Source: Raja brachyura (Eukaryota). Taken from it: a DNA stretch of 64,000 bases. Positions 37,330 to 52,711 of this stretch are shown here, one piece after another; the stretch's first letter is position 1, and every line of letters begins with the position of its first letter. Where the stretch lies: the NCBI GenBank assembly GCA_963514005.1, contig OY740790.1:31558001-31622000 (forward strand), in the 5' to 3' direction. The notes under the pieces were generated by a model, which ran no database searches, was not told the origin of the DNA, and worked only from the letters and a program-made list of their open reading frames with translations. Both the position numbers and the translations under genes were made by a program.

Positions 37330-40300
37330 TCCATGACAGATGAATGTCTGGCTGAGGAATTGGTGCAGGAAACAGGAATTCATATTTCTGGACCTCTCCT
37401 GGGGCAGAGGTGACCTGTGCAAGAGGGATGGGTTGCACTTTGACAGGAGGAGCACTGACATTCTTGCAGGGAGGTTTGCTAGTACTACTCAGGAGGGTTT
37501 AAAGTAGAGTGCTGGGGGGGGGGGGGGGGGGGGGAGGAACCAGAGCATCAGGTCAGCAAATGGAAGGGCTGCTGAGAAAGTAGAGGTCTCAATTATATCT
37601 TAAATAAGCAAGTCTCAAATCAAGGACAGGCAGGGAGAGGTTCATGAATACAGGGATAATGAAGGGCTGAAGTATGTTTGCTTCAATGAATATTGTGACA
37701 AAAGCTGATGGAGCCTGGTTCAATGCTTAGAATTATGATGTTGTGGCCATTACAGAAATTGAGTTGCGCGAGGGATACTATTTGGTTTGAGGAAGGATGT
37801 GCTGGCCCTGGAGAGGATCCAGAGAAGGTTTACAAGAATGATCCCAGGAATGAGTGGGTTATCTACTGATGAGCTTTTGACGGCACTTGGCCTGTACTCG
37901 CTGGAGTTTAGAAGAATGAGGGGGGGACTTCATTGAAACATATTGAATAGTGAAAGGCTTGGATAGAGTGCATGTGGAGAGAATGTTTCCACTAGTGGGA
38001 GAGTCTAAGACTAGAGGTCAAAGGACGTTCCTTTTGGAAGAAGGAATTTCTTTAGTCAGTGGGTGGGGAATTCTTTTCCACAGAAGGCTCTTGAGGTCAA
38101 GTCAATGGATATTTTAAAAGCAGAAATAAATAGATTCTTGATTAGTATGGGTGTCGGGGATTATGGGGAGAAGGCAGGAGAATGGGGTTAGGAGAAAGTG
38201 ATAGATCAGCCTTAATTGAATGGCGCAGTAGTCTTGATGGGCCGAATGGCCTAATTCTGCTCTTATCACTTATGACCTTATGACTGGCAGCTCAATCTGC
38301 TTTGGTTTCGACGTTTCAGATGAGATAAATAGTTGGGTTAAAAAAAGGTGGAGTAGTTGCTTTGTTAATCAGGATGTCACGGTGGTACTCGGAGGACATA
38401 TTGGAGGGTGTGTACTGAAGCATTATAGGTTGAGCTCAAATAATATTCTAATGGGATTATATAGGCCTGCCAAAAGCCAGTGGGAAATTGAGGATCATTT
38501 ACATAGACAAATTACAGAAGTATGTAAGCACTGCAGGGTTGTTGTGGATGACTTTAACTTCACCAATATTGACTGGGACTTACTCGGGGCAAGAGGGTTG
38601 GATGGAGCAGAATTTGGTAGGTGCATCCAAGAAGGTTTCCTTAAACAGTATGTGGATAGTCTGACTCGAGGATGGACTATACTTGGCCATGTATTGGGAA
38701 ATGAGCCTGGTTATTGTGACTGGTGACGCAGTGGAAGAGGAATTTGGAGATAGTGATCACAACCCCACAGGTTTTAACCAAAGATAGAAAATGCTGGAGT
38801 AACTCAGCAGAACAGGCAACATCTCTGGAGAGAAGGAATGTGATGTTTTGGGTTAACTTCTGCAGATTGAGAGTCGGGAGAGGGGAAAACGAGAGAAAGG
38901 GAAGGGTACAAAGAGCATGTAAGGCACGAAAAAGACGGATCAAATCAGACAATGATCGAGGAAATGTACAATGGTTCATTGTTGGCTCTGGGGAAGGTGA
39001 CAACGAGGCAGACAAACAGTAAAATTAATCAGGGGATAGTGAGAATAGTAGGACAACTCTGGTGTCGGAGGGAGAGGGGGAAAGCCAGGGTTACATGAAG
39101 TTTGAGAAATCAACATCCATACCGCTGGGTTTTAAACTGGAAGCAAAATGAGATGCTATCCTCCAATTTGCATTTGACCTCACTCTGACAGTGACGAGGC
39201 TCGGTACAGAAAGGTCAATATGGGAGGGGGGGGTTGGTGTTTAGCAACCGGGATATTGCGTAGGACCAGGCAGACTGAGATAAGGTGTTCATTGAAATGA
39301 TCGCCCAGTTTGGTTTTAATATTATTTTGTATAGTGATGGGTCTGGTTGGGAAGGCACATTACAATGTCATACGGCAATAGCTAAGGAGAGTATATCGGG
39401 AGCGGTTGTCATTGGGTAAGCCCACAGATGTCACGTGGGACTCATTTAAAAGCCATCTGATCAAAGTGCAGGATCTGCATATTCCGGTAAGAAGGACTGA
39501 GGGGGATGGCAAGGTAAGGGAGCTGTGGATGACCAAGGAGATTGTAAACTTGTTCAGGAAAGAAAAGTATGTGTATATCAGGTTTCAGAAGGTAGGCTCA
39601 GATGGCCTCAGAGTAATATTAAGCAAGAAGGCAAGAACTCAAGCGGGCAATCAGAAGGGGCCCTGAAATGCCATTGGCGAGTCAGATTTAAGTAAAGTCT
39701 CAAGACATTTTATGCATATGTTCATAAATAAAGGGTGACCAGAGAGAAGGTAGGACTGCTCACTAAAATGAGGAATCTATGCTTAGAGTTGGAGGATGTA
39801 GGTGAGGTACAAAACATGTACTGTGCATCTGTGTTCAAAGAGGAGAAGGACTTTGGCAGCGAGATCAATGTAGAGAATACAAATATGTTAAGGCCGCTTG
39901 AGATCGAGAAAGAGATGGTGCTGGAGCTCTTGAAGACATTAAGGTGGATGTTCTCTGACATCTCTTAATGGGATTTATCTGGTTATTGAGGAAGGCAAGA
40001 GAGGAGATTGGGGGTAGACACAAAAAGCTGGAGTAACTCAGTGGGACAGACAGCATCTCTGGAGAGAAGGAATGGGTGACGTGGCCTTTACCAGGATCTT
40101 TGTAGCTTCTCTAGCCTCTAGGTCTCGGAGGACTGGAGAGGGGCAAATGTTGTTCCTTTGTTTAAGAAAGGAAGTGGAGAGAATCTAGGAAACTATGAGC
40201 CATAGAGCCTCACATCAGTGGTAGGGGAACTATTAGAGATAATTATTTGCAACAGAATTTACTCCCATTTGGAAGTGATTGGGCTAATTATGGAGAGTCA

Positions 40301-41470
40301 GCACATCTTTTTCCATTCTCACGAACTTTATTGAGTTTTTTTGAGGAGGTGACAAAGGAGATTGATTAAGGTCGGGGGGTGGATGTTGTGAATATTTTAG
40401 TAGGGATTTCGGTAAGGTCCCTCATGGTAGGCTGGTCCAGAAGATTAATATGTATGGGGGTTCACGATGACTTGGTCGTATGGATTCTGAGGTGACTTAT
40501 TCGTAAAAGACAGGGTCATTGTGGAAAGTAGATATTCTGGCTGGAGGTCTAAATGTATTCTAACTGTAGATGAGTTGGTGAGTAAGTTTGCTGATGACAC
40601 TAAAGAGGAATTGGAGACTGTCAGAAGATACAACAGGATATAGATCAGCTGCAGAAATGGCAAATGGAGTTTAGCCTGAGCAAGTCTGAGGTGTTACACT
40701 TTGGGAGGTTGAATGTAAGGAGAGAGTATATAAATAGTGGCAAGACCTTTAACGGATTTGATGTACAGAGGGATCTTATAGTCCAAGTTCATAGCTCACT
40801 GAAGGTGGCAACAGAATTCAATAGAGTGGTTCAGAAGGCATATGATATGCTTGCCTTAATTGCTAGAGGCATTGAATATAAGAGTCAGGAGGTCATGATG
40901 CAGCTCTATAGGAATTTGCATTTGGAATATTGTGTGCAATTCTGGCCGCCCTATTATAGGAAAGATGCGGAAACTTTGCAAAGGGTGCAGAGGAGGTTTA
41001 CCAAAATGCTGCATGGATTAGAGAGTTTAGGCTACCGAGAGAGGTTGGACAGACTTGGGTTCTTTTTTCTGCAACATCGGAGGTTGAGGGGTGACTTGCT
41101 AGAAGAATATAAATTTGAGAGGCATAGAAAGGTGTAGACGGTCAGAACCTTTTTTCAAGGATGGAAATGTTCTACAGTTAAGGGCATAACTAAGATGAGA
41201 GGGGGAAAGTTTAATAGAGCTGTGTGGTGTGAGTATTTTGCACTGTGGGGGGGGGGGGGCTGAGACACATTGCCTGGGGTGGAGGTGATGGGTGATGCAG
41301 TAGTGGATTTTAAGAGTCTTTTAGATAGACACATGGAAGTGCAGGGAACAGAGGGATATGGATCATGTGCAGGCAGATGAAATCAGTTCAGCTATGAATC
41401 ACGTTTGGCACAGTCATTGTGGGCTGAAGGGCCCAAAGGCCCTAAGGGTTGCTGTGCTTTGTATGTTCTG
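37330..41470 (+). mobile_element. Long decayed CR1 LINE (ORF1 esterase end, ORF2 endonuclease and RT) with nested elements
   Basis: NVWLRNWCRKQEF...KRDGLHF (ORF1 SGNH-like); DDFNFTNIDW (endonuclease); FADDTK; ORF 40664-41137; nested CR1 ~37780-38280 and PLE ~38780-39310. Confidence 0.85.
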
Positions 41471-41764
41471 TAAGGCAATCTCTGAAGAGTTATTTTCAGT
41501 CCCCACCTATTCCTGCAGTAGCAGTTTCTGTATAGTCAACATTTTCTGGCCTTTGTCTAATTATCATGGCTTCAGTTTTAGTCTTTACACTCGGGACTTT
41601 TCCACACGAAGCTGTGTAGGTATCCCTTGTATGAATTAAGTTCCAGTCTGTGCCAACCAGCATGAATAAAGCATAATACAAATTATTGCCCTGCTTTTAT
41701 TGCCCTAGCTTTTTATTGCTCTGTGTGCCACTTTTCCGGGTTAAATTGAGAAATAAACACTAAA

Positions 41765-42170
41765 CGAGATGTAGACACAAGGAAGATGCTGGCGTAACAA
41801 AAATGAACAGACAAAGTATGAGATAAGGATAGAAGAAGCGTGAAACGTGAAGCCAGAGGAAGAAATATAGGTGTAATAGAATATGGGGAATAGAAGAAAT
41901 GGTTGCACATCCAGGTGGGGCACAAGGAAAATGGGAAGGGGGGTGTGTTGTTTACCAAAAATTGGAGAATTCAGTGTTCATTCCATTGGGTTGTAAGCTG
42001 TCCAAGCTGAATATGAGATGCTGCTCCCACAATTTGCATGTGGCCTCACTCGGGTAATGAAGGGGGCATGAGGCAGAAAGGTCAGTATGGGCAAGGGAGT
42101 TAAGATGGTTAGCAACTGGGGGATCCAACAGGTCTTGGCGGACCAAGCGAATGTGTTTAGTAAATCTAGT
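41765..42170 (-). mobile_element. Penelope-like element GIY-YIG C-terminus and 3' part
   Basis: ORF 41952-42257: PVANHLNSLAHTDLS...KLWEQHLIFSLDSLQPNGMNTEFSNFW. Confidence 0.85.
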
Positions 42171-42730
42171 AAGTGATCCTGTCACAATGACGCTTAAGTG
42201 AATGTGTGTGAAAGGTTTGGTAGCTTGCCTGAGGCAGATAGAATTGTGCACGTTCATGCTGAAGGAGTAGCAATTGGCCTGATGAACCTGTTCTATATTT
42301 TAATGAAACTATGGAAATCCATGATTTAATTCATGAATCTGCCTTCCCTCTGTCATACTTTGGTTAAATTAAAATCTAATACTCAAAACTAGTGTTAACA
42401 ATTGTTCAAGTATCCATTGTAGATAAGGCAGGATTGGTCCACACCTGACATTTCATGCATGTGAAAAGTATTTAATCATTAGTCTCAAATTTAGTGTTTG
42501 TTTCACGTTAAACTTGATTAGATTTGCTGAAAGATTCCTATAAAATGATGGTATCTATGTTCCAAACTAGTTAAGAATATATAGTGACGATATACCATAA
42601 ATAATAGATTATTAGAAGTGCCATTGCATGTAGGTACCTATAACCATGGGTGGTTAATTTTAAAATCATATACATGCATCAAATTTTGTAGGCCAGGCAT
42701 AGTTTTAGATGAAAAAGCATCTAAAACTAA

Positions 42731-42880
<150 letters not shown>

Positions 42881-43959
42881 TAAATGGTGGTTTATATTGC
42901 AAATGGTGATAGGTGCACAACTATTTCCACAGCTTTTAAATAATGGGCGAAACATTGCATGCAATTATTGCTGCTCAACATGGTGCATATGGACATGCCT
43001 TTCTTGGATTCTTCAGTGTTCGCTTGCTTTAGAGAATTATCTGTCCAAAATAGCACTGGCAGCTGGACCTGACAAGTGTTAATTTTGTTAGGTGGGCAAA
43101 CCAGCGTAAGCGTCACCTCTGGTATAGCAGCTAGATAGATACTCTGCCAGCCATCCAAGCCGTGGCATTAGCGTAGTGAAATATAAAACAAACATTCAAA
43201 AGCTATAACATTGTTTTAAAGTGTGGCCTGCTAGGGCGGCGTTGACCATCAACCCACATTTACACTGTTCCCATATTAATCTATTTTATATTTCCCTCCA
43301 CATTTTCATCAACACACCTCAGATTCTATTACTCCTTACAAGCTATTTACAGTGATCATTTGACTTACTTATCTACATGCCTTTTAGGATGTGGGAGGAA
43401 ACACAAGCAGCAACAAAAAACCCACTCGATCATAGGAAGCACATGCAAACTCCATGTAGACAGCACCCAAAGTCAGGTGCTGGATCACTGTCGACCAATA
43501 TTTAAGCAATTTCTTTTAATTTATATTTCCTTGTGCTCTCATGAGTATCTCAAAGCAATTCTTCGTCATTCAAAGATTGAACCTGGAATTCCTCCTTTGT
43601 TTAATGTATCAAAGATTTGGCTGTCGGGTTCTTTCATTTAGTATTTCAGATTACTTGGTAATCAAATTTCCTGTCAGTTCAATGACGACTTAAAACCTAA
43701 TGCTTTTCTCAGCACCCATACTCGTTTTCTCACCTGCTTCAGAAAACAGAGATTAATTTATCTAGTTCTTTACCACAAAGACTGATATCAACATTGCTTT
43801 CAGATAATTTTTTTGGTTCTTGGTTACTTGGCCCTCCAAAATATTCCAACTGGAATTTAAACTGGAGGTGGTGAAGGGAGGGGTTAAGCCAGAGAGGGTT
43901 ATTGGGAAGAAAGTGACACTTTAAATTTGGTTGCATCTGGCTAGGCAACCGCGGCTTGA

Positions 43960-44754
43960 AACCACCATACAGCCATATAGTAAAAAATAAAGAACACAAC
44001 ATGGAGTAGAAATTCAACATAAAACATCCCCTAACAACAGGATCAAGGTTTCCCGCTGTGAGGGAAGGCACCAAAGTCAGTCTCTTCCCCTGATGTTCCC
44101 CACTGTTCACCCTTGGCCGGGGCCTCCCTGAGCCCTCTGCAGTCGCCGCTACGGGCGGCCCGATGTTCAGGCCCACTCGGCGGGGTGATGCAAGTCCGAC
44201 GTCGGGGCTGTGGGACGTCCTCAGCGGCCTGGACCTCGAGTCGGCCACCTCCTACCGGAGACCGCGGCTCCCAAAGTCCGCAGGCTGCGCTGGGTGGAGA
44301 CACAACGCTGGAGGCCCTCGGCAAAGGGCCCCGGGACTCCATGAAGTTCAGCACCGCCCGCGTTGGAAGCTCTTCCAACCGGAGCTCAACGATGTTGGAG
44401 CAGCGGCCCAAAGCTCCGGAGCTCCAACGGCGAACCAGGTAGGTATCGCCCGCTCCGCGGTGACTCCAGAGCCGCCGCTGTTGCAGCTCTGATCCGGTTC
44501 CCGGTCCCTGGCAGGAAAGGTCGCTCGGATCCAGGAGGTAGGCCGCGAGGTGGGGGGCGAGGACGCGACTCGGAGAAATAGTCGCATCCCCGCCAGGAAG
44601 CGACTGCGAGTTAGTTTCCCCCTTACCCTGCCCCCCTCCCCCACATATGAAAGTTAAAGTTTCAACCAAGACAGACTTTTAACGGACTAAAAATAAAAAA
44701 AAGATGTAAAAACAAACTGGCTACAGGCAGAGGCTGTTGTCAGTGCAGCGCCCC
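43960..44754 (-). mobile_element. GC/CpG-rich non-autonomous retroelement with LINE-like 3' tail
   Basis: Abrupt CpG-rich block inside an AT-rich intron; shares accatacagccata and ctgtga.ggaagg segments with 61770-62083. Confidence 0.5.
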
Positions 44755-45593
44755 TAGATGTTGATTAGGTAAATTTAGTCTGAAAGGATCATAAAAAACG
44801 TTTCTTCCTGTCGTATTCCTGTGTTTCCAATGGTAATCTGTTTTTCTCAATATACACATCCCTTTTAGTTGAATACACTTTTTCTAATTAAGGAATGCCT
44901 TCACTTGCTACATTTAGCAGCTTGGAGCTAACACCTGTTTTTGAATATACATGTTATATACTTTGGTTGCTTTTTCTTTAAAATATTCTGAATTATGTAC
45001 AGTATAAACTGACCATGCTTATATTGATCTCTAATTGTTAATAGATCTAAGATTCTAAATGTATATGGAGAAATAGGAGTGGGAGGCCTTATTATGTAGT
45101 TGTACCAATAGAATAAAATCTTCTAATTATTACATAATTTCATTATTATATTACTAGTTATTGGGGATTTTTTAAAACATCGCTTGAGATAATAAACCAG
45201 GCATTAACTTTAAAAAAAGTTTAAAATTCCATAATAGAAGGGCCATTGGAGCAACAAAGTATGCTATCAACAAAATCAAGATTGTTTTCATTTCCTCTAC
45301 TATTCCCATAAATTATCATTACCCATTTCCCAATATTGAGTGCTATTATTTAGAACCGATCAGCTTTATCCAGTGGCAAGAAAAAAAAATCAAATGGGAA
45401 AATTGAATGCTTGTCATGTGAATGCTCATCACCGGTCCAACCGATGCTATAACATAAGGACTTATTCTCACTCCTCAGAACTTAAACAAAAATTTGGATG
45501 GAATGACTTTCAATGGAAATTAGACCCTTGCCTGAAAATTGTATTTACTTCTAATCATCCAAGTGATGCTCCAGCATATAATATGCAATGTAA

Positions 45594-45833
<240 letters not shown>

Positions 45834-46129
45834 TAATAATTGGACAATAATAATTCTAAGAATGGAATCTAAAAAATTGGAATTTCAACCAGAAAAATCA
45901 TGAACATTTTCATGCCTCATCAATCCATAATGCAGGCAGGCCAATATGTGATTCTCGACACACCAGTGCGGTTGACTTTTAATTGCCTCCCAGAATTCAG
46001 GGACAATTAGAGATAGATAATAAATCCTGACATTAGATGTGCCATCCCTGTGTGAATAAATTAATTTCAAATAATTATAATGCAGTTAATATACTATCCA
46101 GATTTTAAAAGATCAGTTTGAAGGATAAT

Positions 46130-48110
46130 CGTGAGAGGAATAGATTGGATAGACGCACAGAGACTCTTGCCTACAGTAGGGGAATCAAGAACCTCAGCAT
46201 AGGTTTAAGGTGAGGAGGGAAAGATTTAATAGGAATCTGAGGGGTAACCTTGTCACGCAAAGGATGGTAGTTGTATGGAATGAGCTGCCAGAGGAGGTAG
46301 TTGAGGCAGGTGCTATCGCAACATTTCAGAATCATTTAGACCGGAACATGGATCGGACAGGTTTAGAGGGATATGGGCCTAGTGTAGATGACACATGTTG
46401 GACGGTGTGGGCAAGTTGGGCCGATGTGCCTGTTCCCATGCTGTAAGACTCCGACTCTATCATAGCTATATGCTTTCCTTCAAAACGCATTGTGGAATAA
46501 CTAAACTAAGAAAGCAAAAAATGCATGTATTATGTTAGAACGGTAGGGAAGCTATTACAGAGGATTCCACAGATTCAAATTTACTCATTTGGACTGGCTA
46601 ATTTGCGATAGTCTGCATGGCTTTATACCCAGCAAGTCATATTTATGAACAATTGAGTTTTTTGAGTAGTTGTCGAAGGTGATTGATGAGGTAGACCAGT
46701 GGATTTGTCTCCTTGGCTATCAGTAAGGCATTTGATAATGTCCCCCACCGTGATAGCTGATCCATAAGATTAAGATGCATGGAATCTACAGTGAGTTATT
46801 TAGATTCCGGACTGGCTTACTCATGGGAGACGGGTTGTGATGGTGTGTTATTCTGGCTGGAGGTCTGTGACTAGTGGAGTTCGGGGACCTCTGCTGGGAC
46901 CTTTGTTGCATGTGATATATATATATATATAAATAACTTGGACGTAAATGTGAATGGGTAGGTTAGTAAATTTGCAGATGACACCAAATTTAAGGACATT
47001 GGGGAAGGCTGTCAAAATATACATGGGCAAATAGCTCACTTGGGCAGGCTGCATTTCAAATGTGTGTTGTTCTAGTCGCCCCATTATAGGAAGGATGTGG
47101 ATATTTTGAGAGGGTGCAGAAGAGTGTACTAGAATGCAGCTTGGATTAGAGCTTTTTTTCTCTCCGGAATGTCAGAGGTTAAGGGGAGAGCTAATGAAAG
47201 TATGTAAAATTGAGAGGTATAGATAGGTTGGAACCTTTTTTTCCTCTGGTGGATATGTCAAAAACTAGAGGGCATAGTTTTAAGGTGAGAAGGTAAAAGT
47301 TTAAATGTGATATGCATGGCAACTTTTTTTACACAATGGTGAGTGTCCGGAATGTGTTGCAGGAGCGTTGGGGGAGACAGATAAGGGTGTGGTATTTAAG
47401 AGGTTTTTAGATAGACATGTGGTTTGAACAGTTATGTATCGTGCATTCACCAATGTCAAAATAAAATTTGCCTCCTACATTTTTATCTAGTCGTAAATTA
47501 TTACTTAACATTTCCATACTGGTGGTAAACGACTGTCACTATCTAACCATTCTGCACCTCTCTTGATTTTGTAAACTTTATCGGGTTCACTCTTAGTCCC
47601 TGAAGCTTCAGCAGGAATAATGGTTGGCCGATCCTCTCCATTTAACTGACATGCTGTAATCCAAGCAATGTCCTGCACCATTCTCCTGCACAGTTTACAA
47701 AGCCTCCACATCCATCCTTAATGTGGTGACCTGAACTGCTTGTAATACTCCAAATGTGGCCTAGCTGAAGTTTTATACAGTTGTGACATGAATTCCCAAC
47801 TTTGGGACTAAATGTCCTAACCAATCAAGGCAGGTATGCCACACACCTTTTTACCAACCTACCCACATGTTGACACTTTCAGCGAAATATGGCATCCCAA
47901 GATCTCTCTGTACTTCAATGCTCCTAAAGAACTGGCAGTTTACTGTATACTTGCATCTTGCATATGGTCTTCCAAAATGCTTCATCTTGCATTTGTCTGC
48001 TATAAACTCTCTCTGCTAGTTCTTCACCCAAGTTTCCAACTGATCTTTATCTTGCTGAATCCTTTGACAGCCTTCCTCACTATCCAAGGCCACCATTTTT
48101 TTGTGTCGCT
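46130..48110. mobile_element. Cluster of decayed CR1 fragments on both strands
   Basis: ORF 46210 NRNLRGNLVTQRMVVVWNELPEEVV; FADDTK at ~46970; minus-strand copy ~47510-48110. Confidence 0.75.
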
Positions 48111-48856
48111 AGTATAAGGATGAATAATAATTTTTGACTCGCAATTAATGTCTAATGCCATCTGTTAGACCTTGCGGAGTTAATAATAATAGAATTACTT
48201 TAAAATAAGACATGGCTGAAATAATTTCAGTTTCCAGGTTTTTTTTAAATGCATATGCTTGTGAATTATCTGCGATAAATGAATATGATCCTGACTCAAA
48301 TCCGAGGCTCAGTACATTTTCACAATATGTAAATGTGTTGGAAATTTATATTTGCATTTTAAGCATTAGCTTTTTCAGCAGGTTCAGAACTTCAACCATT
48401 TTTTAAGAGATGCTATAAAGACATACATAGAATTCATTGAATATTTTAATTGCATTCAGTTAATTGTGAAATTATTTCCTATGAACTTTAATTTGTTTAA
48501 AACCTAATCTTGAACATAATAAAGTTATAAGAAAAAGAATTCTCGTAAAATTCTTTTGAAAATGAATTTTGAGATTAAATGTTTATCAGCAAACTAACCT
48601 AAAACCATCTGTTTGAATGAGAATATTAACTCTAAACATTGGCAACTGGTGGTAACACTTATGGATGAGATGGTCAATAAAATAATAGATTTAATAATCC
48701 TGGAATAGTCCAACACCAAATTATGAGAGATGAAAATGGATGGCATGGCAAGATAACATTTAACTTGCACTAAAGGAAGTAAATAAGATTTTGGTTATCT
48801 GTGCACTTAACTTTGACACAGTTTAAAGTATATTGTTACTGATTTGATTCTGTTAA

Positions 48857-48994
<138 letters not shown>

Positions 48995-49089
48995 TGAGTA
49001 TCTTTGGAATCATTGTACAATCTACAGGCCCAATTCATTTTTTAATATTGTAATATCACTATTAATGTTCTGTTGCACAATTTACAAAA

Positions 49090-52000
49090 CCCATATGATG
49101 ATGCTTTAGAAAGGGTGTAGAAGAGACTAACTGCTATCTGGATTAAGGAGTATTAGCTACAAGGAGAGGTTGGTCAAACTTGGATTGTTTTAGAATAATG
49201 GAGGATGAGGGAGGACCTGATAGAAGTCTATAAAATAATGTGAGGCATAGAGAGGGTAGACGGTCAGAACCTTTTGCCCAGGGATAAATATCAAATAATA
49301 GAGATCATACCTTTAAAGTGAGAGGGGCAAAGTTTAAAGGAGATGTGTGGCACATTTCTACACAGATGGTGGGGGGTGCCTGGAATGTGCAGCCGTGTCA
49401 GTGGTCGAGGCAGATGCCATAGTGGTGCTTAAGAGACCTTTAGGTAGGCACATGGATATGGGGGGCGGGGGTGAGTGGATCATGTGAGGGCAGATTAAGT
49501 TAGTTTATCTTGCAATTATGTTCGGCTCAGACATTGTCGGCTGAAGGACCTGTACCTGTGCTGTACTTTTCCATGTTCTACCTTTTTTCCCCATCCATGA
49601 CCCAAAGCCTATTGCATTAATGCTTTTTACCCCAATATTAATGAAACATGTTTTTAGATTAGGTGTACTATGGAAGCTAATTGTAGCAAATTTAAATTTA
49701 ATGTGTATCTTGATTAGGTGCTGGCTTTGGTACACCGACTTCTGGTAAAACTAAAATCAATATTTTGATTCTGATTCCTCCATAAAATCATTGAATTTTA
49801 CATTGCTGTCCAGTGTTGTGGAATTTGAGTATTGTCCCTCTGGTTCTGTCCATTAACACCCAATTCCCTTCGCCAAATTCAAAGATGTATGTGCATTATT
49901 TTTAAAACGGGCATTATTTTCCTCGGGTGGCAGCCTCTTGTCTAACAAGCCTACTGTGGTTTCGCTTTGTCTCTGGGAGTCACTCCAATTAGCACTGTGT
50001 TTGAATCTAGAGGCAGCTGTCTGTACCTCCTTTGATGATACTTTGTTGTCACGTACCTAGCTATGTGCAGTGAAATTCTTTATTTGGCAGATGGGTGGAT
50101 AAAAGTTAGAGACAAAAAGGAGGCAAAAGAATGCAAATTAAGCAGAGGTTTGCAGGTTAGTTGGCATCTGTAAATTGTTCCTCGTGTGCCGGACGATTGT
50201 TGGTCAGCGTGGAATTGGTGGCCGAAGGGCATTTTTTCCACGCTGTGTTTCTAAACTAAACCCAATGGTTAGCAACTTGGAGATCCAAGGCAGACCAGGT
50301 GCAAATGCTCAACAAAACAGTCGCCTAGTCTATGTAAGCTCTACAGATGTAAAGAGGGCCACATCAGGAGCAGTGAATGCAATAGATGGAAGTTAGAGAA
50401 CGTTCATGTGAACAATCTCATCTGGAAGGGCTGATGGATGGACTGTATGAGGTGTGCATTTTAGAAAGTTAAACCAGGGCGGGACCTTCACAGTGAATGG
50501 TGGGCCTTAGGGAGAGTATAGAGCAAAGGGATCTAGGAGTACAGGTACATAGTTCCCTAAAAGAGGCATCACAGGTAGAAAGGGTGATAAGAAAATATTT
50601 TGGTACATTGGCCTTCAACAAAACAACTTACCATGGAATATTTTTTATTATTAAATGCCTTGTTGAAGCCCATATAGACAACATCTAGGGTTTTATCCTC
50701 AATCTTTTTAATTACTTCATAAAACGCTATCAGATTTTGAGACACGAACAAAACCATGCTGACTATTGCTAATTGGCCTTTGTCCATCTAAATGAATGTG
50801 TATATTATCCCACAAAATACTCTCCAGTTACGTGCCTAGCGCAAATGTTAAGCTCTCTGATCGATCTATATTCCCAGGCTTTTCCTTGCATCCTTTTTAA
50901 AATAGAGGCACAACATTCACCACCCTCCAGTCTACCGGCACTTCACCTGTATTTAATGATGATTCGTATGTCTAAGCCAGGGTGCCTGCAATTTCTTCCG
51001 TAGCTTCCCAGTGTCCTCTGATATATCCAAGAGATTTATCCACCTTCATATGACTGAAGACATTCAGCACCTCAACTGTAATACTAACTGTCCCCAAGAC
51101 ATTGGCGCAGTGGTAGAGCGCCAGAGACCTGGGTTTGATCCTGTCTATGGGTACTGTCTGTATGGCATCTAGGTTCTGCCTGTGATCATCGGACGTTTCT
51201 CTGGGTACTCCAGTTTCCTCCCACATTCCAAACAGATGCAATTTTGCTGGTTACTTGGCTTCATCCCCAGGATAAAGAATGGAACTAGTGTGAATTGGTC
51301 ATTGCGGACCTAGTGGGCTGAAGGGCCTGCTTTTACGCTATATCTCTAAACTAAAGACACTTACATTAAATGTCCCAAACTTTATCACATTCTTCCTATA
51401 GGGTGTCAAATGCCACCTTCATGATACTGTCCACCTGACTTGCCACTTTCAGGGAACCATGCACCTGTACTCCCTGATCAACCTATTATGTAACACTCTC
51501 CAAGCTCCAGCATTTACTGTGCAAGTCTTGACCTAGTTTGACATACCAAAGTGCAATACCTCTCACTTGTCAGAGTTAAATTCCATTGGCCCACCATCCC
51601 AACTGATCACTACTTGTTGTAAACTTAGATATAGAAGCAGAGTCATACAGCATGGAAACTTATCTATGCTAACCAAGATGTCCCCCTCTAAGCTAGTCCC
51701 ATTTGACTGCATTTGGCCCATGTTGCTCTAAACCTTTCCTATCCATTAACCTATATTAATGTATTTTAAATGTTGTTGTACCTGGTTCAACCACCACTCT
51801 CTGGTAGCTCATTCCATATACCCACCACCCACTCGATGCAAATGTTGTCCCCCTCTGGTTCCTATTAAATTCCTATTTAGGTGCGGCACAGTGATGCAGC
51901 TGGCAAAGCTGCTGCCTCAATGCCAATGACCCAGGTTCGATCCCGACCTAGGGTGCTGTCTGTGCAGAGTATGCACGTTCTCCTTGACTGCATGGGTTTC

Positions 52001-52670
52001 CTCCGGGTGTTCTGGTTTCCTCTCCCAACTCGAAGACATATGGGTTTGAAAGGTAATTGGTCTCTGTAAATTGTGTAGGAAGGGACAGGTGGGATGACAT
52101 GGAACTGGTGTGGACGTGTGATCGATGGTCAGGCTCATGGACATGTTTCTGTGCTGTATCAATAAACTCAACTAAATTAAATCATTCCTCTCTCACCTTA
52201 AACCAATGTCCTCTGCTTCCCCTACTCTGGGTAAAAGGTTCTGTGCATTTACCCTATCTCCTTCCCTCATTATCTTGTATACCTGTAAATTATCCCTCAT
52301 CCTTGGGTTCTGCGTGGAATAAAGTCCTAGCCTGCTCAACCTCTCCTTATAGTTCAGGCCCTCAAGTCCTGACAACATCCTCCTAATTCTTCCTCATAAC
52401 ACTTTCCAGCTTCCCTAACAGGTGGACCAAAACTGAATAGGAACCTAAAGGTCGACTTTTTCACACAAAGGGTGGTGGGTATATGGAACGAGCTGCCAGA
52501 GGATGCAGTTGGGGCTGATTCTATCCCAACATTTAACAGACATTTGGACAGGTACATGAATAGGAAAGGTTTAGTGGCTAATGGGCCAAACACAGGCAGA
52601 TGAAGCATCTTGGTCGACGTGGGCAGGTTGAACCAAATGGTTTGTTTCCATGCTGGAAGACTCTGACTCT
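49090..52670. mobile_element. Cluster of CR1 fragments, V-SINEs and a PLE remnant
   Basis: Repeated CR1 3' motifs (GLEGLNYKERLSRLGLYS) and SINE heads; boundaries approximate. Confidence 0.7.
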
Positions 52671-52711
52671 AAAATTGGAAATCGTGCAGAAGAGATTTAA
52701 GGCTTGAGCTA

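Noticed and set aside
43739-44669. Overlapping 100-200 aa ORFs
   Set aside because: By-product of a GC-rich repeat with few stop codons
51880-51960. tRNA-like sequence
   Set aside because: Head of a V-SINE with degenerate A/B boxes followed by the SINE body; not a tRNA gene
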